Source: Octopus bimaculoides
Lineage: Eukaryota
Length of the DNA: 64,000 nucleotides
NCBI RefSeq assembly: GCF_001194135.2
Contig: NC_068988.1
Coordinates: 54,915,677 to 54,979,676 of the forward strand
Direction: 5' to 3'
Of this stretch, positions 23,230 to 36,608 are shown in pieces. The notes under the pieces are model-generated. The model did not search any database and had not been told where the DNA came from. It saw only the letters and a program-made list of their open reading frames with translations. How positions within the stretch are numbered: the stretch's first letter is position 1; each line of letters starts with the position of its first letter. Made by a program: the position numbers and the translations under genes.

Positions 23230-24740
23230 TGGCTCAATATGTCGAAAAGGTTTTGATAGAAATTCAATACACTGTACCCAGTGCAAGCTATAGACATATA
23301 AGAGGTGTAGTGGTATCACATGAAGATTAATAGAGAAAGTAGTCTTTCTGTGTGGCAGATTGAAAGTACAACAAACACTAAGAATGTATGGAAAATAGAC
23401 TTCTTCAAATGTCCAGGGTAATCCTTAGAAGTAGTAGATAGCTTCCATTACCTAGGTGACCAAGTTAGCAGTGGAGGAGGAAGCTCTGGAAGTATAGTTT
23501 CTTCAATAAGAACAGTCTGGGCAAGGGCTACTCCCTCAGAGTGAAATGTAGATTGTTTGATACCTGTGTATGAACAGCTATGCTACATACAGTGAAATAT
23601 GGGTTGTGACTACAGAGAACATGTGAAGGCTTGAAAGAGATGAAGCCAGCATGCTTCATTGGATGGGTACTGTCAGTGTGCATGTAGAACAGAGTGTTAA
23701 TGATTTATAAGAAAAATTGGGTATTAGAAACATCAGATGTTGTGTGTAAGAGAGAAAACTGCACTGATGTGGTCATGTGATATGTATGGACGAGGACAGC
23801 TGCATAAAGAAATGCCAGTCTCTAATAGTGGAGGGAATATCTGAAAAGAGTAGACCCAGGATGACGTGGTATAAAGTGATGAGAAATGCTTTTTAAATGT
23901 TGAGCCTCACAGAGGAGATGACAAGGGATCGAGACTTCTGGCAATTTGTTGTGTTTGAGAAGACCCGTCAAGCTAAGTAAAATCATAGCCATCAATACAT
24001 ACAGGCATATCCTTTATGACCATACCCCACTCTCACATACACTCACACACACACACACTCTATCTTCTGTCAAAGCATCTTCACAACTCCTCTTCCCAAC
24101 ACCCCTAACACTCGATGCTGGCCCCTCAACTCTCTCACATGTCTATCCGCACACTCTCCATGCCCTCACATGTATGCCACAGCCCCCTCTCAGCCACTCC
24201 AAATCCTTTCACTATCACATGCTGACCCTAAGCATCTCCTCCCACACTCTTATGGAACATCCCCCTCTACTATTTATACTCCCTCACACTGTTCCCTGTG
24301 ATTAGCCCTCTTTTACTCACTCTGATTTTCTCTCTATCATACTCTAACCTCTTGCCCAGCACACAGCCACTTCTCTCACTTACACTTACTCTCTCAGCTG
24401 AGAGGTTTTTGTCTTGCAAGCCACTTGGTGAACCTACTGGTGCCATATAAAAAGTACTTGTGCTAGCGCCTTGTGAAAAGTGCCTCTGTTGGTGCCTTGT
24501 AAAAAACACACATGCTGGTGCCTTGCTGGTTCCACATAAAAAGCACCCAGTACACTCTTTAAAGTGGTTGACATTAGGAAGCCATCTAGCCATAGAAACC
24601 ATAGTATGCATGCTGAAACTGACAATTGGAGCCTGATGCAACTCTCCAGTTTGCTAACTCCTGTTAGACTGTCCAGTCTACGTCAATGTCACAGGGATAA
24701 TGATTATGATAATGATGACAATTATGATAATGAGGAGGAG
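23230..24740 (+). mobile_element. Decayed RTE LINE copy (PHD remnant, RT C-terminus, CT/CA-rich 3' UTR, family-B end, GAT tail)
   Basis: SICRKG..RNSIHCTQCKL*TYKRCSG…FLCGR, LEVVDSFHYLGDQ, then EKTRQAK* ending near 23979; GAT-rich tail at 24697-24745. Confidence 0.85.
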
Positions 24741-26241
24741 GATGTATATATGTATTATATTTATTTGTAAAATATATTTTAAAAATTTCCATTAACTTGC
24801 TTCCAGCATTGACAGATGAAAAAGCTTTCTTTTGTTGTGTTTTTTTTTTTAATGTTTTTGTTGTATGCTGAAACTACTACTCAGTTGTGGCCCTACCAAG
24901 TGGCATAAGAGTTGGTTGACTTTCATTTTTAATTTTGTCTTCTAAACAGTGTAACTCTTTGACTATCTTTAAATATGTCACTAACCTAAATGGTATGATA
25001 TCCTGTTACTGTGTTCTGAATATTACTTAGTAAAGAATGCTTTATTTATTGCTCAGGAAATAGAAACCATTCTTGCCATCTGGAAATAATTTTAATGATT
25101 TTGTTTGTCCAATTCATTTTATGCCTGATTTTTTTTTTTCATGTTGGCTTGGGTTGGATGAATACTCAGCAAGGCATTGTTTTATAGTTGGCGGCCCTTT
25201 CTGCCACTGACCCTTACCTATTTTTCTAGTGAGGGATTATTTATGCTTCTTATTTTTGAAAGCGCAGAGCTAGGGGATGATTGTTTGGGTTGGAAATGTC
25301 AAGAGACATCACTGATTTTTTTAATTTTTTTTACCTCAATACTTTCATATGAGTGTAAACACACAGATAGCAGCATGCATACACACACACACTCACACAC
25401 ACAGACACACCTATATGTATATTATGGGTTTGCTTCCATACATTCAGTTTCCATCTATCAATGCATTGGTCAACCCAAGGCATTGGTAGATGGAAACTGT
25501 AGAAGACAGCTTCCTAAGATGCCACATTGTGACATAGAACTCAAGATCATGTGGTAACAAAACAAGCTTCATATCCACAGAGCTATGCCTGTGCTCAATT
25601 ATTCCATGTTCTACTATAGACAGTTGCTCAATATGAATTCTAAGATTTGGCCAGTGTCACTTGTATGAGTAGTAAACAATTACAAACTATTAACATGAAA
25701 GTTTTACATTTCCCATTTATTCCAGGGCTCTTTTATAGCAAGACACCTGTTTCTATTTCTCTGTTATACTTTAACCTCTCTTCACCTGACACAAAACCAC
25801 CAGTATTACACCCATCTCAGTTGAGGGGTCTTGTCTTGTGAGTTTCTTGGTGACCTCACTGGTGCTGGTGCCACTTCGTACAATCTGTAAAGTGATTAGC
25901 ATTAGGAATGGCATTCAGCTGTAGAAACCATGCTGAAGCAGACATTGGAGCTTGGCACTGTCCTCTGGCTTGTCAGCTCCTGCTGAATCACCCAACCCAT
26001 ACCAGCCTGGTAAGCAGACATTAAATAGTGATGATGATGATGAAAATGAGTTCTTTTTATGTAAAATAATCTATAACTAGAAGTTAGAGGCACATAGACA
26101 GACACACCCATATAAATGGATAGAGGGATAATGGTTGGAGAGAAATCTATAGATGAATGTTTATGAATGTTGGCATACTTGTAAATTATGTAGAAAGAAA
26201 AACAAGCTACATATTCACTTTTTTCTTTCTCATCACTCTAG

Positions 26242-26367
26242 ATGTTCCTGATGCACAAGGTAATTCACCATCTCCAGCCAATGAACCATCAGAAGAAACA
26301 GCAGTGGAGAATGTTTCAGTCGTTAAACAATGCCCGCTCAAGACAGAAAGCAATACTTCATCACCTG
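26242..26367 (+). CDS. PIKFYVE: PIKfyve coding exon 2 (DVPDAQGNSPSPANEPSEET...NTSSP)
   Basis: Polypyrimidine tract + ctctag acceptor, CTG/GTGAG donor, 126 nt, phase 1-1, open frame; low-complexity linker so homology support is weak. Confidence 0.75.
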
Positions 26368-28029
26368 GTGAGAAAACTTTTACTTTATTAATCCTTTGTG
26401 GCACTTCTCATCTTTTGGTTCTCTCTGTGTCACTCTTATTCATTCTCTGCATGAAAGTAATGATTTCAAATTTTGGCACAAAACCTGCAATTTTAGAAAG
26501 TGGGTAAGTCAATTACGACCCCAGTAATCAACTGGCACTTATTTTATTGACCTTGAAAAGATGAAAGCAAAGTCAACCTCAGCAGAATTTGAACTCAGAA
26601 CATAAAGACAGACGAAATGCTGCTAAACATTGTGCTAATGATTCTGCGAGCTCGCTGCCTTATTTCTACATGAAAATAATAAAATTGATTAAGCAAAGGA
26701 CCTTTTATTTATGAAGTGGTGGAATGCAATCAATTGGCTTGGTCCTATCATCATCGACCTCAGCAAGAGAAAAATCAATCATTGCACTATTGAGATTTGA
26801 ACTCACAAATAGGTGCAGGCATGACTGTGTGGTTAAGAAATTTGCTTTCCAATAATGTGGTCTTGTGCCAATCCTACTATTTATTATCTTAGGCAACTGT
26901 CTTCTGATATATCTCCACTCCACAGGCCAACCAATGGATTTTGTAGACAGAAACTGAAAGAAGCTCGTCTTGTGTGTGTGTGTGTGCTGATGTGTAATTT
27001 TGCCTCATCATCACATGATGGTTGTAAATGAGCTTCGTCATCCTACAAGCAGTGTTGTTTATTTTCAGTCTCCTATGAAAAACCTGTTTGGCTATTAGGA
27101 AATATTACCTTGCTTGGAAACAGGTGTGGCTTTGCAATGGGAAGGGTATCCAGCTGTAGAAAATCTGTCTCAACAAATTCTGTCTTGTGCATGCAAACAA
27201 AGAAAAGCGGATATTAAATGATAATGACAATGAAATATGGAGTAATGACGTAGCTAATTTAAACGATATAAATCATTGTCCATTGTTTGAAGTAGCTTCG
27301 TCATTCATTTTATTATTTACTGTAATAGGAAAAATAATTAAAACTGAATTTTAGTTTAGCTGGTCTTGAGTGTCTCTTCTTTTGAAACTCAATTTTCATT
27401 AGTTTTAACAGAGAGGAAGGTGTAAGTCTACAGAAAATCCATTGTCCTATTAATTAATTACATTTTTTTTTCTTCGCTACTTTGAAGTATGATGACCTTA
27501 ATTTATCTTAAAGCAAAGTTGGACATGAAAGTATTAAGAGTTTATACACTGCTTACAGCAATGAATGTACTTTGTAAAAAAAGTACCTACTTACAGCAGT
27601 AATTTTTTCTTCAGTCTTCAATGACTCCTATTTATAACCATAAATTGTACTTCTCCAAAATATCTACATACAGTAGTGATCTGTACTTCACTTCTTAATA
27701 CCACCTATTTTCAAGTAGAGTTCAAATACATTGCCTGGTAAGTGTTTTTACCAAACACAGTGGAAAAACCAAGGACAAACTACAGACTGTCAATTCTTTA
27801 GAGATATAGTGATTCAGACAGTTGTTACTCTTTATTTAGTATTAATGCTGTGATGTTCTTTAGTTTTGAAGTTACTCTCTTTTCGATTTTTATTTTGTTG
27901 AAAAGTATGACTTTAGGTGTGGATATGGCTATGAGAGTAAGAAGTTTTCTTTTCAAGTATGTGATCTTCCACTATAGTTCCAGGCTGACCAAAGCTTTGT
28001 GAATGGATTTGGTATGCAGAAACTGAAAG

Positions 28030-28262
28030 CCAGCAAGCTGGCAGGAACGTTAGCACGTCGGGCGAAATGCTTAGCGGTATTTTGTCTGTCTTTACGTTCT
28101 GAGTTCAAATTCCACCGAGGTCGACTTTGCCTTTCATCCTTTTGGGGTCGATGAATTAAGCACCAGTTATGCACTGGGGTCGATATAATCAACTTAATCC
28201 ATTTGTTTGTCCTTGTTTGTCCCCTCTATGTTTAGGCCCTTGTGGGCAGTAAAGAAATAAGA
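28030..28262 (+). mobile_element. tRNA-derived SINE family C
   Basis: Head AGCTGGCAG…GAGTTCAAATTCC, core GAGGTCGACTTTGCCTTTCATCCTTT; other copies at about 26503-26672(-), 28664-28885, 31590-31740(-), 40497-40670 and 41185-41426. Confidence 0.8.
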
Positions 28263-28280
28263 AACTGAAAGAAGCTCATA

Positions 28281-28328
<48 letters not shown>

Positions 28329-29074
28329 NNNNNNNNNNNNNNNNNNNNNNNNNNNNNNNNNNNNNNNNNNNNNNNNNNNNNNNNNNNNNNNNNNNNNNNN
28401 NNNNNNNNNNNNNNNNNNNNNNNNNNNNNNNNNNNNNNNNNNNNNNNNNNNNNNNNNNNNNNNNNNNNNNNNNNNNNNNNNNNNNNNNNNNNNNNNNNNN
28501 NNNNNNNNNNNNNNNNNNNNNNNNNNNNNNNNNNNNNNNNNNNNNNNNNNNNNNNNNNNNAAAAAAAAAAAAAAAAAAAAAACTGTCTTAACGAATTCTG
28601 TTCAATCCATGCTAACATATAAAAGTGGACATTAAAACGATGACAATATACTGTTCATTTTAAGTGGGCAAGCTGGCAGAATTGTTAGCATACCAGACAA
28701 ATTGCTTAGCAGCATTTCATCTATCTTCATATTTTGAGTTCAAATTCTGCTGAGGTCAACTTTGCCTTTCATCCTTTCTGGCTTGATGAAATAAGTACCA
28801 GTTGAGCACTGGGGTCACTATAATTGCTGGCCTTGTGCCAAAAATTATATCATTGCTGGCCTTGTGCCAAAAATTTGAAACCAACATACTATTCCTTTGA
28901 TTTTCCTGTTGACTGTTGAGTTAATAATTTGTTATAATGACCATCACCATTGGTTAGCTTTAACTATTGCAGAGTTATCTCCATTCCAACTTATTATGTA
29001 TGTATCTATTGATTTCTTACCTAATATAGTGACAACAACCTTTTGATTACTTTTGTCTTTCCACATTGTATATA

Positions 29075-29392
29075 TTTGCCTTTGCTATGGCAGAAGTATT
29101 GTTTGCATTCGTGTTTGTTTGTCTGTGGACAAGATATCTCAAGAACCACTGGGTTTGGCCTCATGACTGGCACGAACTGATAAGATTTTGGGATCAATCC
29201 AGTACCGGACAAAGATTCTGGATTATTTTGCCGACTTTTTTACTTAATTTTTGAGAGTGGTCAGGTTCATTTTTAGTATTCACGTTTGTGAAAGCAGTCG
29301 AGTTTATTTCAGATATTCTCATTTTAAAAATCATCTCTGGCTGATCATTGAGGGGATGTTGGTGTTGCCTTGGCAGAGCTTTGTGCTCTTGA
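29075..29392. mobile_element. HINE/DINE-1-like element, copy 2 (inverted relative to copy 1, internal deletion)
   Basis: Reverse complement aligns by eye to 9985-10340 along most of its length. Confidence 0.6.
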
Positions 29393-29479
29393 TTTTATTT
29401 ACTTTTACATTTATGTTCTAGAAATATAATGAGTTTATGAAATTGTATCATTATATGGTTTTTCCCTTTGATATTGCAG

Positions 29480-29616
29480 AGACTGAGGAAGAAAGCAGTG
29501 TCTCTGAGGATGCTGAAATGCAGACAAAACACCCTGATAGCCCGATGAACCCTCAACGTCGAAGTCTGACAAGTGTTCTTAGTCGCATTAGCAGTATTTT
29601 AGATAGAGGAAGCTCA
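29480..29616 (+). CDS. PIKFYVE: PIKfyve coding exon 3 (ETEEESS...RRSLTSVLSRISSILDRGSS)
   Basis: ttgcag acceptor, TCA/GTAAGT donor; RSLTSVLSRI matches the conserved pre-FYVE helix (human RSLSTVLKRL). Confidence 0.92.
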
Positions 29617-30227
29617 GTAAGTCATTTTCTAACGTAACATCTAATAACTGTGTTGTTCAATTTAGGTAGGTATATGCCTCTATACACATGGCAAGTGGAT
29701 TGGATATAAAGATGTGCAGGTCATGGATCATTAGCTCATGTCTTCAAGCATTTGTAACATTTTGGATTTCTGACTACAACACTTTCACTTTGTTATGAAT
29801 TGAAAATTAGAAGTATTGCTATGCTTTACCTTGGGTTACATTACAATTATCAAGACTAATTAATTAAGTACATCCATAATAGCTTACTTCAATTTGCACT
29901 GTTTTTCTTCTTAATTCCTTCAACTCTGTGTGGAGTGCAGGGCACTAGCTAGTTTTGTGTTAAAATTGACCAAATCTGACCTCTCACACCTACCCTTCAA
30001 TGTCATTCTAAAAATATACAAACACACCATTGAAATCTTGAAGCTACAAGATAATGCATGATTAATTCAAAGCAATGAATAAATAAGCAATACATTTGAC
30101 AAAGAAACCTGAATGTAAAGGGGTTGAATATTTCTCTAGCTAATCCATGCCAGCATGGAAAGCGGATGTTAAATGATGATGATAATTACTTAAATTACTC
30201 ATCAGCAACTGAAAGTTGTCACAATAT

Positions 30228-30277
<50 letters not shown>

Positions 30278-30360
30278 CCCCCCCTCTCTCTCACATAACA
30301 CATGTTGATATTGAAATGTAATATTTTAGGGTTAATATTGTTTATTTGATATTTTTACAG

Positions 30361-30535
30361 AAAGAAAGTGATTTTAAGCAATATTGGATGCCTGACAGCA
30401 GCTGTAGGGAGTGCTATGATTGTGGGGATAAGTTTACCACATTAAGAAGGCGCCACCACTGCCGGATTTGTGGCCAGATCTTTTGCAGCAAATGCTGTAA
30501 TCAAGAATTACCAGGAAAGATCATGGGGCACAGAG
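30361..30535 (+). CDS. PIKFYVE: PIKfyve coding exon 4, FYVE finger N-terminal part
   Basis: KESDFKQYWMPDSSCRECYDCGDKFTTLRRRHHCRICGQIFCSKCC: WxxD and RRHHCR motifs; tttacag acceptor, GAG/GTAAA donor. Confidence 0.98.
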
Positions 30536-32189
30536 GTAAAACAGGTTTTCACTGTAATCATCATTCATCGTTATCAAGTAGCCATTTTTCTTATCACTTT
30601 TGTAATGAAACATTTGAGTATGAGTCTCCCTAGGTTAATGTTTTCTTTCTGTAAATATGTCAGGCTTTATAGAGTTAACAGCTGTTGTTGAGATTTAGTA
30701 GATGTCTAAGGCTTTAGTATTCAGAGGATAGAACTCAGTTATGATGTCACTTTTAAGTTGCTTGCCAGCTGTTGTTTGAATTGTCAAATGCAATAATACT
30801 ATTCAACAAGTGATATATATAGGTATTGGGTTTAATGAATTTAGTTTCCTTTGATGTTTATTAATATTGTTCTGTTGGTGAAATATTCGAAACAAAACTA
30901 TGATATTCATTGTCATGTCACCATTCTAGAATAGGTTAGACATGTTTTTGAATCAAGTTATGGTTATAAGCATTTATTTGAGCTAAACTATTCCGTCATG
31001 AGAGATAGACAGTCTGTAAGAAAATTTCAACTTATAGTATATGGACTTCCAATTGAAACTTAGCTCCTATACAGCTTAGTTATCATGATCTTATTTGGGC
31101 CTTTTTTTATCTTCCCATAATGGGTACCAAGACATGTGTTGTTCTAATAACAATATAAAATGAGTAACTTAGTAAATCAATAAATTATGCTGAGTCCACC
31201 ATCTTAAATGCCTTTAGTAATCTTGGTGAACATCGGATATTTGTTTGGTTAGTTTATAATCAATGAAACTTTATTAAAACTATCCAACCAATGTTATCCA
31301 ACCAGTTTTATTTCATGAACCAGTGATTTGAGAAAGGCTGTTCAGTTGAATATAACATAATAAAGATTTGTCTTTCTTTTTACACTATCAGGTTGATGAA
31401 TGACTCCTGGTGACTTTCCTGACAAGAGCTATGTGATAATCATAGAAATTTTGTGGTTCTAGTTGTCTGTTTTGGCATGGTAACCATGGCTGAATGCCCT
31501 TCCTAACACTAGCCATTTTGTAGAGTGAACTAAGTGCTTTTTACATGGCACCAACACTAGCACCAAATATTGTAAATTTGTCCAACACTCTAACAATTCC
31601 TCAAACCCACCACCCTGGACAGGTATTATATTTCACTGATTTTCAGGAGGAGGAAAAGTAAAGTTGGCCTCTCTGGGATTTGAACTCAGAACGTAGATTA
31701 CCAGAACAAATATTGTAAGGCATTATTTGTCTGATGCACTGTTTATTCTTCAGATTTATATTGTATCAAATGGATATCTTATAAAACTATTCCGCACACA
31801 CAATAACAACCATACCAACAATCTAACATACCTCCATCATCAGCTGCAGATATCATTATGGTTTCGACACCTGGGCAGTACCATTCAATCCAACGGTGTC
31901 AACAGCACTAAACTATGACTGTGATTTTCAACATAGGCATAAAGCCCCAAGTTTATCTGGATGGAGTAAAGTTGATTGAATCAACCATCTTCAGAAAAAC
32001 GAAAGTACTGGTACTTATATTACCAAATCCCTGAGGGAAGAAAGGCAAATTTGACCTTGTTAGAATTTGATTGGTTGCAAGGTATTTTGTCCATCACTAT
32101 GACTGATTCTGCTAATCCTCTTCCCCTTTTTCCTGACATAAATAATGACTATATATTTATTGCTTTTTTTTTGTTGTTTGTTTTTGTAG

Positions 32190-32433
32190 GTGGTGTGCGT
32201 GTGTGTGAGTATTGTTGTCGTGCAGTTACAACATATACAAAACAACAAGGTAGCACTTCTGGAGACCTTCAGAATTTCAAAGATGACTTGAAGAATTTGA
32301 ATCCTCTTCAGAGTGGGGAGAGCTTACCACCTTCCAATAGTGGATCAGGTGGTAAAGATAGTGGCTGGTGGACCCCTGTTCTTCAGAAGAGGTACACCAG
32401 TTCAATTATGGATGAACAAATTCCTCATGGCCG
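32190..32433 (+). CDS. PIKFYVE: PIKfyve coding exon 5, FYVE C-terminal part (GVRVCEYC) plus linker
   Basis: RVCxxC motif completes the FYVE finger; tttgtag acceptor, CCG/GTAAGT donor; phase 1 to 2. Confidence 0.95.
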
Positions 32434-33639
32434 GTAAGTTATTTAATTAAAAGAGTGAACTTATAGATGTTAGACTGTTTTGATGTTAAACACAGTCACC
32501 CCCTTGGTTGCATCCAAAAGAAAGATTATCCAGCAAACTGACATGAATTCACTCACAAACACTCTTCAGCCTCTGACCCACAAATGTCTTTTCTATTGCT
32601 ACTAAAATGAATTCTGCTCTTTGGAGCTGGTTGTTCTTCTGTCACCTCTGTTGAGATATTCCTGACTCAGTTGTCTACCATCACCTATACTGTAGCCACC
32701 TTCCCACCTCCTACAGTAACCACTGCATTAGTCCAGTCTCAGAACATTGGCTGTCTGGCATTCCCTCCCTGTGTATATTTTTACCTGCAGCCAATGACTT
32801 GGAGCTGTTCAAGAGGGACATTAATTGCATTTACCTTACCAGTATTAGAGGGCCTGCAAATGCCATGGACACAGCTCCTTCCAGACCAATCCAATAAAGA
32901 AAAAATGGACAGAAGTTTCAAAGGGTTACTTCTTAACTCCCTTTTTCTGTAGCATTAAGTAGGGGAGAGCGACACTAGTTTATAGATAGAACACTCATCT
33001 ATTGTTATATATTTCCAGAGAAGTATGACAAGAAGGAATAGTCTTGGCCAGAGACACAACAAAATGCACATAGTAGATGTAGTAGATATAAACTTTCAAT
33101 TCATTAATAGTGCACAACACAGCTACATCATGGGCAGTTTGATGCTTGAAATAAACTTAGATTTTGTTATATGTTTAGAAACTATATTTTAAAGAAATGG
33201 TTGAAAAAAAAAAAAAATTGAAGGAAGCTGTTGTAGTTAGTGTATCTCTCTAGTCTGTAGAATTCCTTGTTAAGTTATACTGTCATAGTTTTTCTCACTA
33301 CTTTTTTAGAAAATTATTGTTAAGCTTTCTATAACATGGTGAATAAGAATTTTGGACCTTCCATCATCATCATCATTTAACATCCAGTTTCCCTGCTGGC
33401 AATTCTGTATTTAATAATTAATGAGTTCAATTTCAGTATGGGAACATGTGTACTTACTGGGTATTTGATGTTGAGCAGAGATTAAGCCATTTAAAACGTT
33501 TTATTAAAAATCAGTAAATTAGAGGTTAACCATCCAAAGATTATTTTTCATGAGTTTATAAACCCACATTTTAAAAAAGAAAAAGTCAGATTGTTTTCCT
33601 CATCTCTGAGAGTTTGTGAAGTTTTACTTTAAGCCTTCA

Positions 33640-34500
33640 TTTCCTATGAAGCATTGACCATCAATGTTTTTTCCACTGTTCCCAGCTCTGAATTTTCTGC
33701 TTCCCTCCAGTTGGATCCCTGTTTTTCAGCTCTGCTTCAGAATCTTACCTCCAGTTATTTTTAGGGCATTCTGTCTCTTCTGCTTCTCTTGTGGGTTCCA
33801 AGGGCAGGGTCTGAAGTGTAATGCTGGATGCTTGTTTCATTAAAGTGTGAGTTCCTCTTGGATTTTGTTGCACCATATTATATGTTTCCCTAGGGGGAAG
33901 GTCGTCCTCTCCCAGGTCTTGAATTCAAGAACAGAATTGATATATATTGATGAATATACTAGAATAGTAAAAAATTTGAAATACCTATCTCATATACAGT
34001 AAAGGTGCATAATGGAAAAGTTAGCTTTGACTCATCATCCATCACCCAGGTGTCCTCTCTGTGTCCAAGGATCAGCCTTCCATGACTCTCCAGTTCTTTC
34101 TGTATTGTGCTGCATGCATATAATCAGCCAGGCTCTTGTTTTCAGTCCATTCTTTGATGTCATTAGTCCACAAGTGTCTCTGATAGCCTCTTACTCTTTT
34201 CTCCTCCATTACTTATCAGAACAGTCTTGGGCAATGGCTTGTATTGCGTTGTATATCCCAAATATGATAGCTTTGTGGACTTGATTCTTAACAATAAGTG
34301 TCTTAGGACTTTCAGCTGTTCTGGTACTGCAGCATTTGTTACCCTGTCTTTCCAGCTTTTTCTGCTCAGTCTATGAAAGATTCACACCTCAAAGGTTTCT
34401 ATCATCTGTTTTCATTTCTCTGTACATTGTCCCAGTTTCTGCTCCACTGAGCACAGCTGGCATAATTGTGTAACTCTTACACAATAATACACCGGGAAGC
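33640..34500 (-). mobile_element. Two decayed RTE-type LINE 3' fragments from different lineages
   Basis: 33640-33870: ITLQTL(W)NPQEK…NWR*DSEAEL. 34025-34500: AVLSGAETG…, ending in a short (GAT)n tail near 34033. Confidence 0.55.
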
Positions 34501-34702
34501 TTCTGTATTGAAGAAGGTTTTACTATCAGCCTTAAAAACAGTAAAGTTATGTCAATGCTGTTGAGAAAGGCATGAATACCATGATTTTTCTTACCTTACC
34601 TCTACTGTTTGTTACTATTGTCTTCATTTCTAAAAGATGATTTCCTATGTATGCCAATATAAAAGAATCATTAATGATATTATTATTTAACTTCTTTTTT
34701 AG

Positions 34703-34829
34703 GTCTCACAGTTCTCCAGATATTACCAATGGTGAGTCAAATAAGGTATCGGCACCTTTTGACCTCACTCATCAGCCAGAATTTGCTAGTATTGAAAATA
34801 TTGCAAATGAAAGTAAGAAACTAACACAG
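34703..34829 (+). CDS. PIKFYVE: PIKfyve coding exon 6 (SHSSPDITNG...ESKKLTQ)
   Basis: tttttag acceptor, CAG/GTAACT donor; phase 2 to 0 bridges exons 5 and 7. Confidence 0.85.
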
Positions 34830-35101
34830 GTAACTCTTTTTTTCCCCCCCATCAATTCTACAAATTAGATTAAGCTTCTATATCTGTATACAAACTCATT
34901 CAAACTTTCTTAAATGATTTTTGTCAATGCAAATTTCTAATATTTTGTTTGAACTCTGAGTTTTATTTATTAAACAGCACTTAGTCATGCTAAAAATCTC
35001 AATGTTATTTTCAGATTTAAGTCTCTTCTTTTCTTTATTTTCTAAAGACTGCAAATGAAAAGAGAATTCTTTATTCTATATTCTATATAATCCATGGAAC
35101 T

Positions 35102-35486
35102 GTGGAGGCGCAATGGCCCAGTGGTTAGGGCAGTGGACTCGGGGTCATAGGATCGCGGTTTCGATTCCCAGACCAAGCGTTGTGAGTGTTTATTGAGCGA
35201 AAATACCTAAAGCTCCACGAGACTCCGGCAGGGGATGGTGGCAAACCCTGCTGTACTCTTTCACCACAACTTTCTCTCACTCTTACTTCCTGTTTCTGTT
35301 GTGCCTGTAATTCAAAGAGTCAACCTTGTCACACTGTGTCACACTGAATATCCCCGAGAACCACGTTAAAGGTACACGTGTCTGTGGAGTGCTCAGCCAC
35401 TTGCACGTTAATTTCACGAGCAGGCTGTTCCGTTGATCGGATCAACTGGAACCCTCGACGTCGTAAGCGACGGAGTGCCAACTAAG
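35102..35486 (+). mobile_element. tRNA-derived SINE family A, full length
   Basis: Head GGCGCAATGGCCCAGTGG…GGTTTCGATTCC (A and B boxes); TSD aatccatggaact at 35089-35101 and 35487-35499. Confidence 0.9.
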
Positions 35487-35654
35487 AATCCATGGAACTA
35501 AATTAGGCAAGATATTCTAAGTAACTGAAGGAGGGTGTATCAAAATTGCACAAGTGAACTGGCAATAATCATCAAAGCTCAATAAACAGTTCTAGGTTTA
35601 AATTCATTGCACAGCTGGATATTACTGTTTTTCTATTTGCTTTTTTTTTTGTAG

Positions 35655-35812
35655 AATTCTCTGCAGTTACGGGAACTTTGGCGTCATATTCAACATCCTA
35701 AAGATGGTGTTGAAATGCAGAGTCACCGATTTCGTTTAAAAACCTACCAACATTGTGTGACAGGAAAAGAACTAGTCGAATGGCTTCTGAGGAATGGAAA
35801 GGCTGCAAAACG
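35655..35812 (+). CDS. PIKFYVE: PIKfyve coding exon 7, DEP domain part 1
   Basis: NSLQLRELWRHIQHPKDGVEMQSHRFRLKTYQHCVTGKELVEWLLRNG resembles human DSVQLKDLWKKI...GKELVNWLIRNG; AG/GT ends. Confidence 0.96.
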
Positions 35813-36496
35813 GTGAATATATTTTCTTATTGTATTCATACTTAGAGGATTACAATTCTGGCATAAATCTTAGCATAAGCTTTTATCTTCTGCTTGTTTC
35901 AGTCATTAGACTGTGGCCATACTGGAGCACCACCTTTAATGGGTTTAACTGAACAAATCAATTTCAGTTCTTATTATTTTTATTATAGTACTTATTCTAT
36001 CAGTTCCTTTTGCTGAACTGCCATGTTATGGGGATGTAAACAAAGCAAACACCAGTTGTCAAGCAGTGGTGATGGGAGACATACACAAAGACACACACAC
36101 ACATACATTCACAAGACCTCGTTTAGCCCAGGGCTATAGTGGATGACACTTGCCCAAGGTGCCGTGCAGTGGAACTGAACCCAAAATTATGTCATTACAC
36201 AGTAATTTTCTTAACCGCACAGCCATGCCAGTGACTGTATTTTCAGGATCTTTTTTTTCTTTCACATTTCCTTACAAACTGCAACTATTATTGTCATAAT
36301 TAAATCAGCACACTAATTAACGTTTTATTTGTATTTGTTTGTCTGAAAAGGAAGCACATTAACTGTGGTTTTCTTCAGCTTTCAACTAAGGAATGGTTAA
36401 ATGAAATACAATCATCTTAAAGTTAGTAAGTATGGAGTAGAAGGTTAACTGCCCAATCCTATTTCATATCTGAATGTAATTTATTTTCTCTTTCAG

Positions 36497-36608
36497 AGTC
36501 CAAGCTGTTGCAATTGGTCAAGCACTTATTGATGCTTCATATCTTGAGTCAGTTTGCCGACAGTTGTCCTTCTTTCAAGATGATTACACACTTTACAAAC
36601 CAGGAGAG
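36497..36608 (+). CDS. PIKFYVE: PIKfyve coding exon 8, DEP domain part 2
   Basis: VQAVAIGQALIDASYLESV...FQDDYTLYKP resembles human AQAIAIGQAMVD...FRDEYALYRP; phase 2 to 0. Confidence 0.96.

Noticed and set aside
27489-27600. Box C/D snoRNA (ATGATGA box C)
   Set aside because: No CTGA box D or terminal stem at a suitable distance.
29617-30360. Micro-exon between exons 3 and 4
   Set aside because: Some invertebrate orthologues seem to have a few extra residues before K(D/E)SD, but I found no in-frame AG…GT candidate, and exons 3 and 4 join in frame without one.
35102-35180. tRNA genes at SINE heads
   Set aside because: A/B boxes are present, but there is no complete cloverleaf or T-run terminator, and each continues into a repeated body with TSDs.
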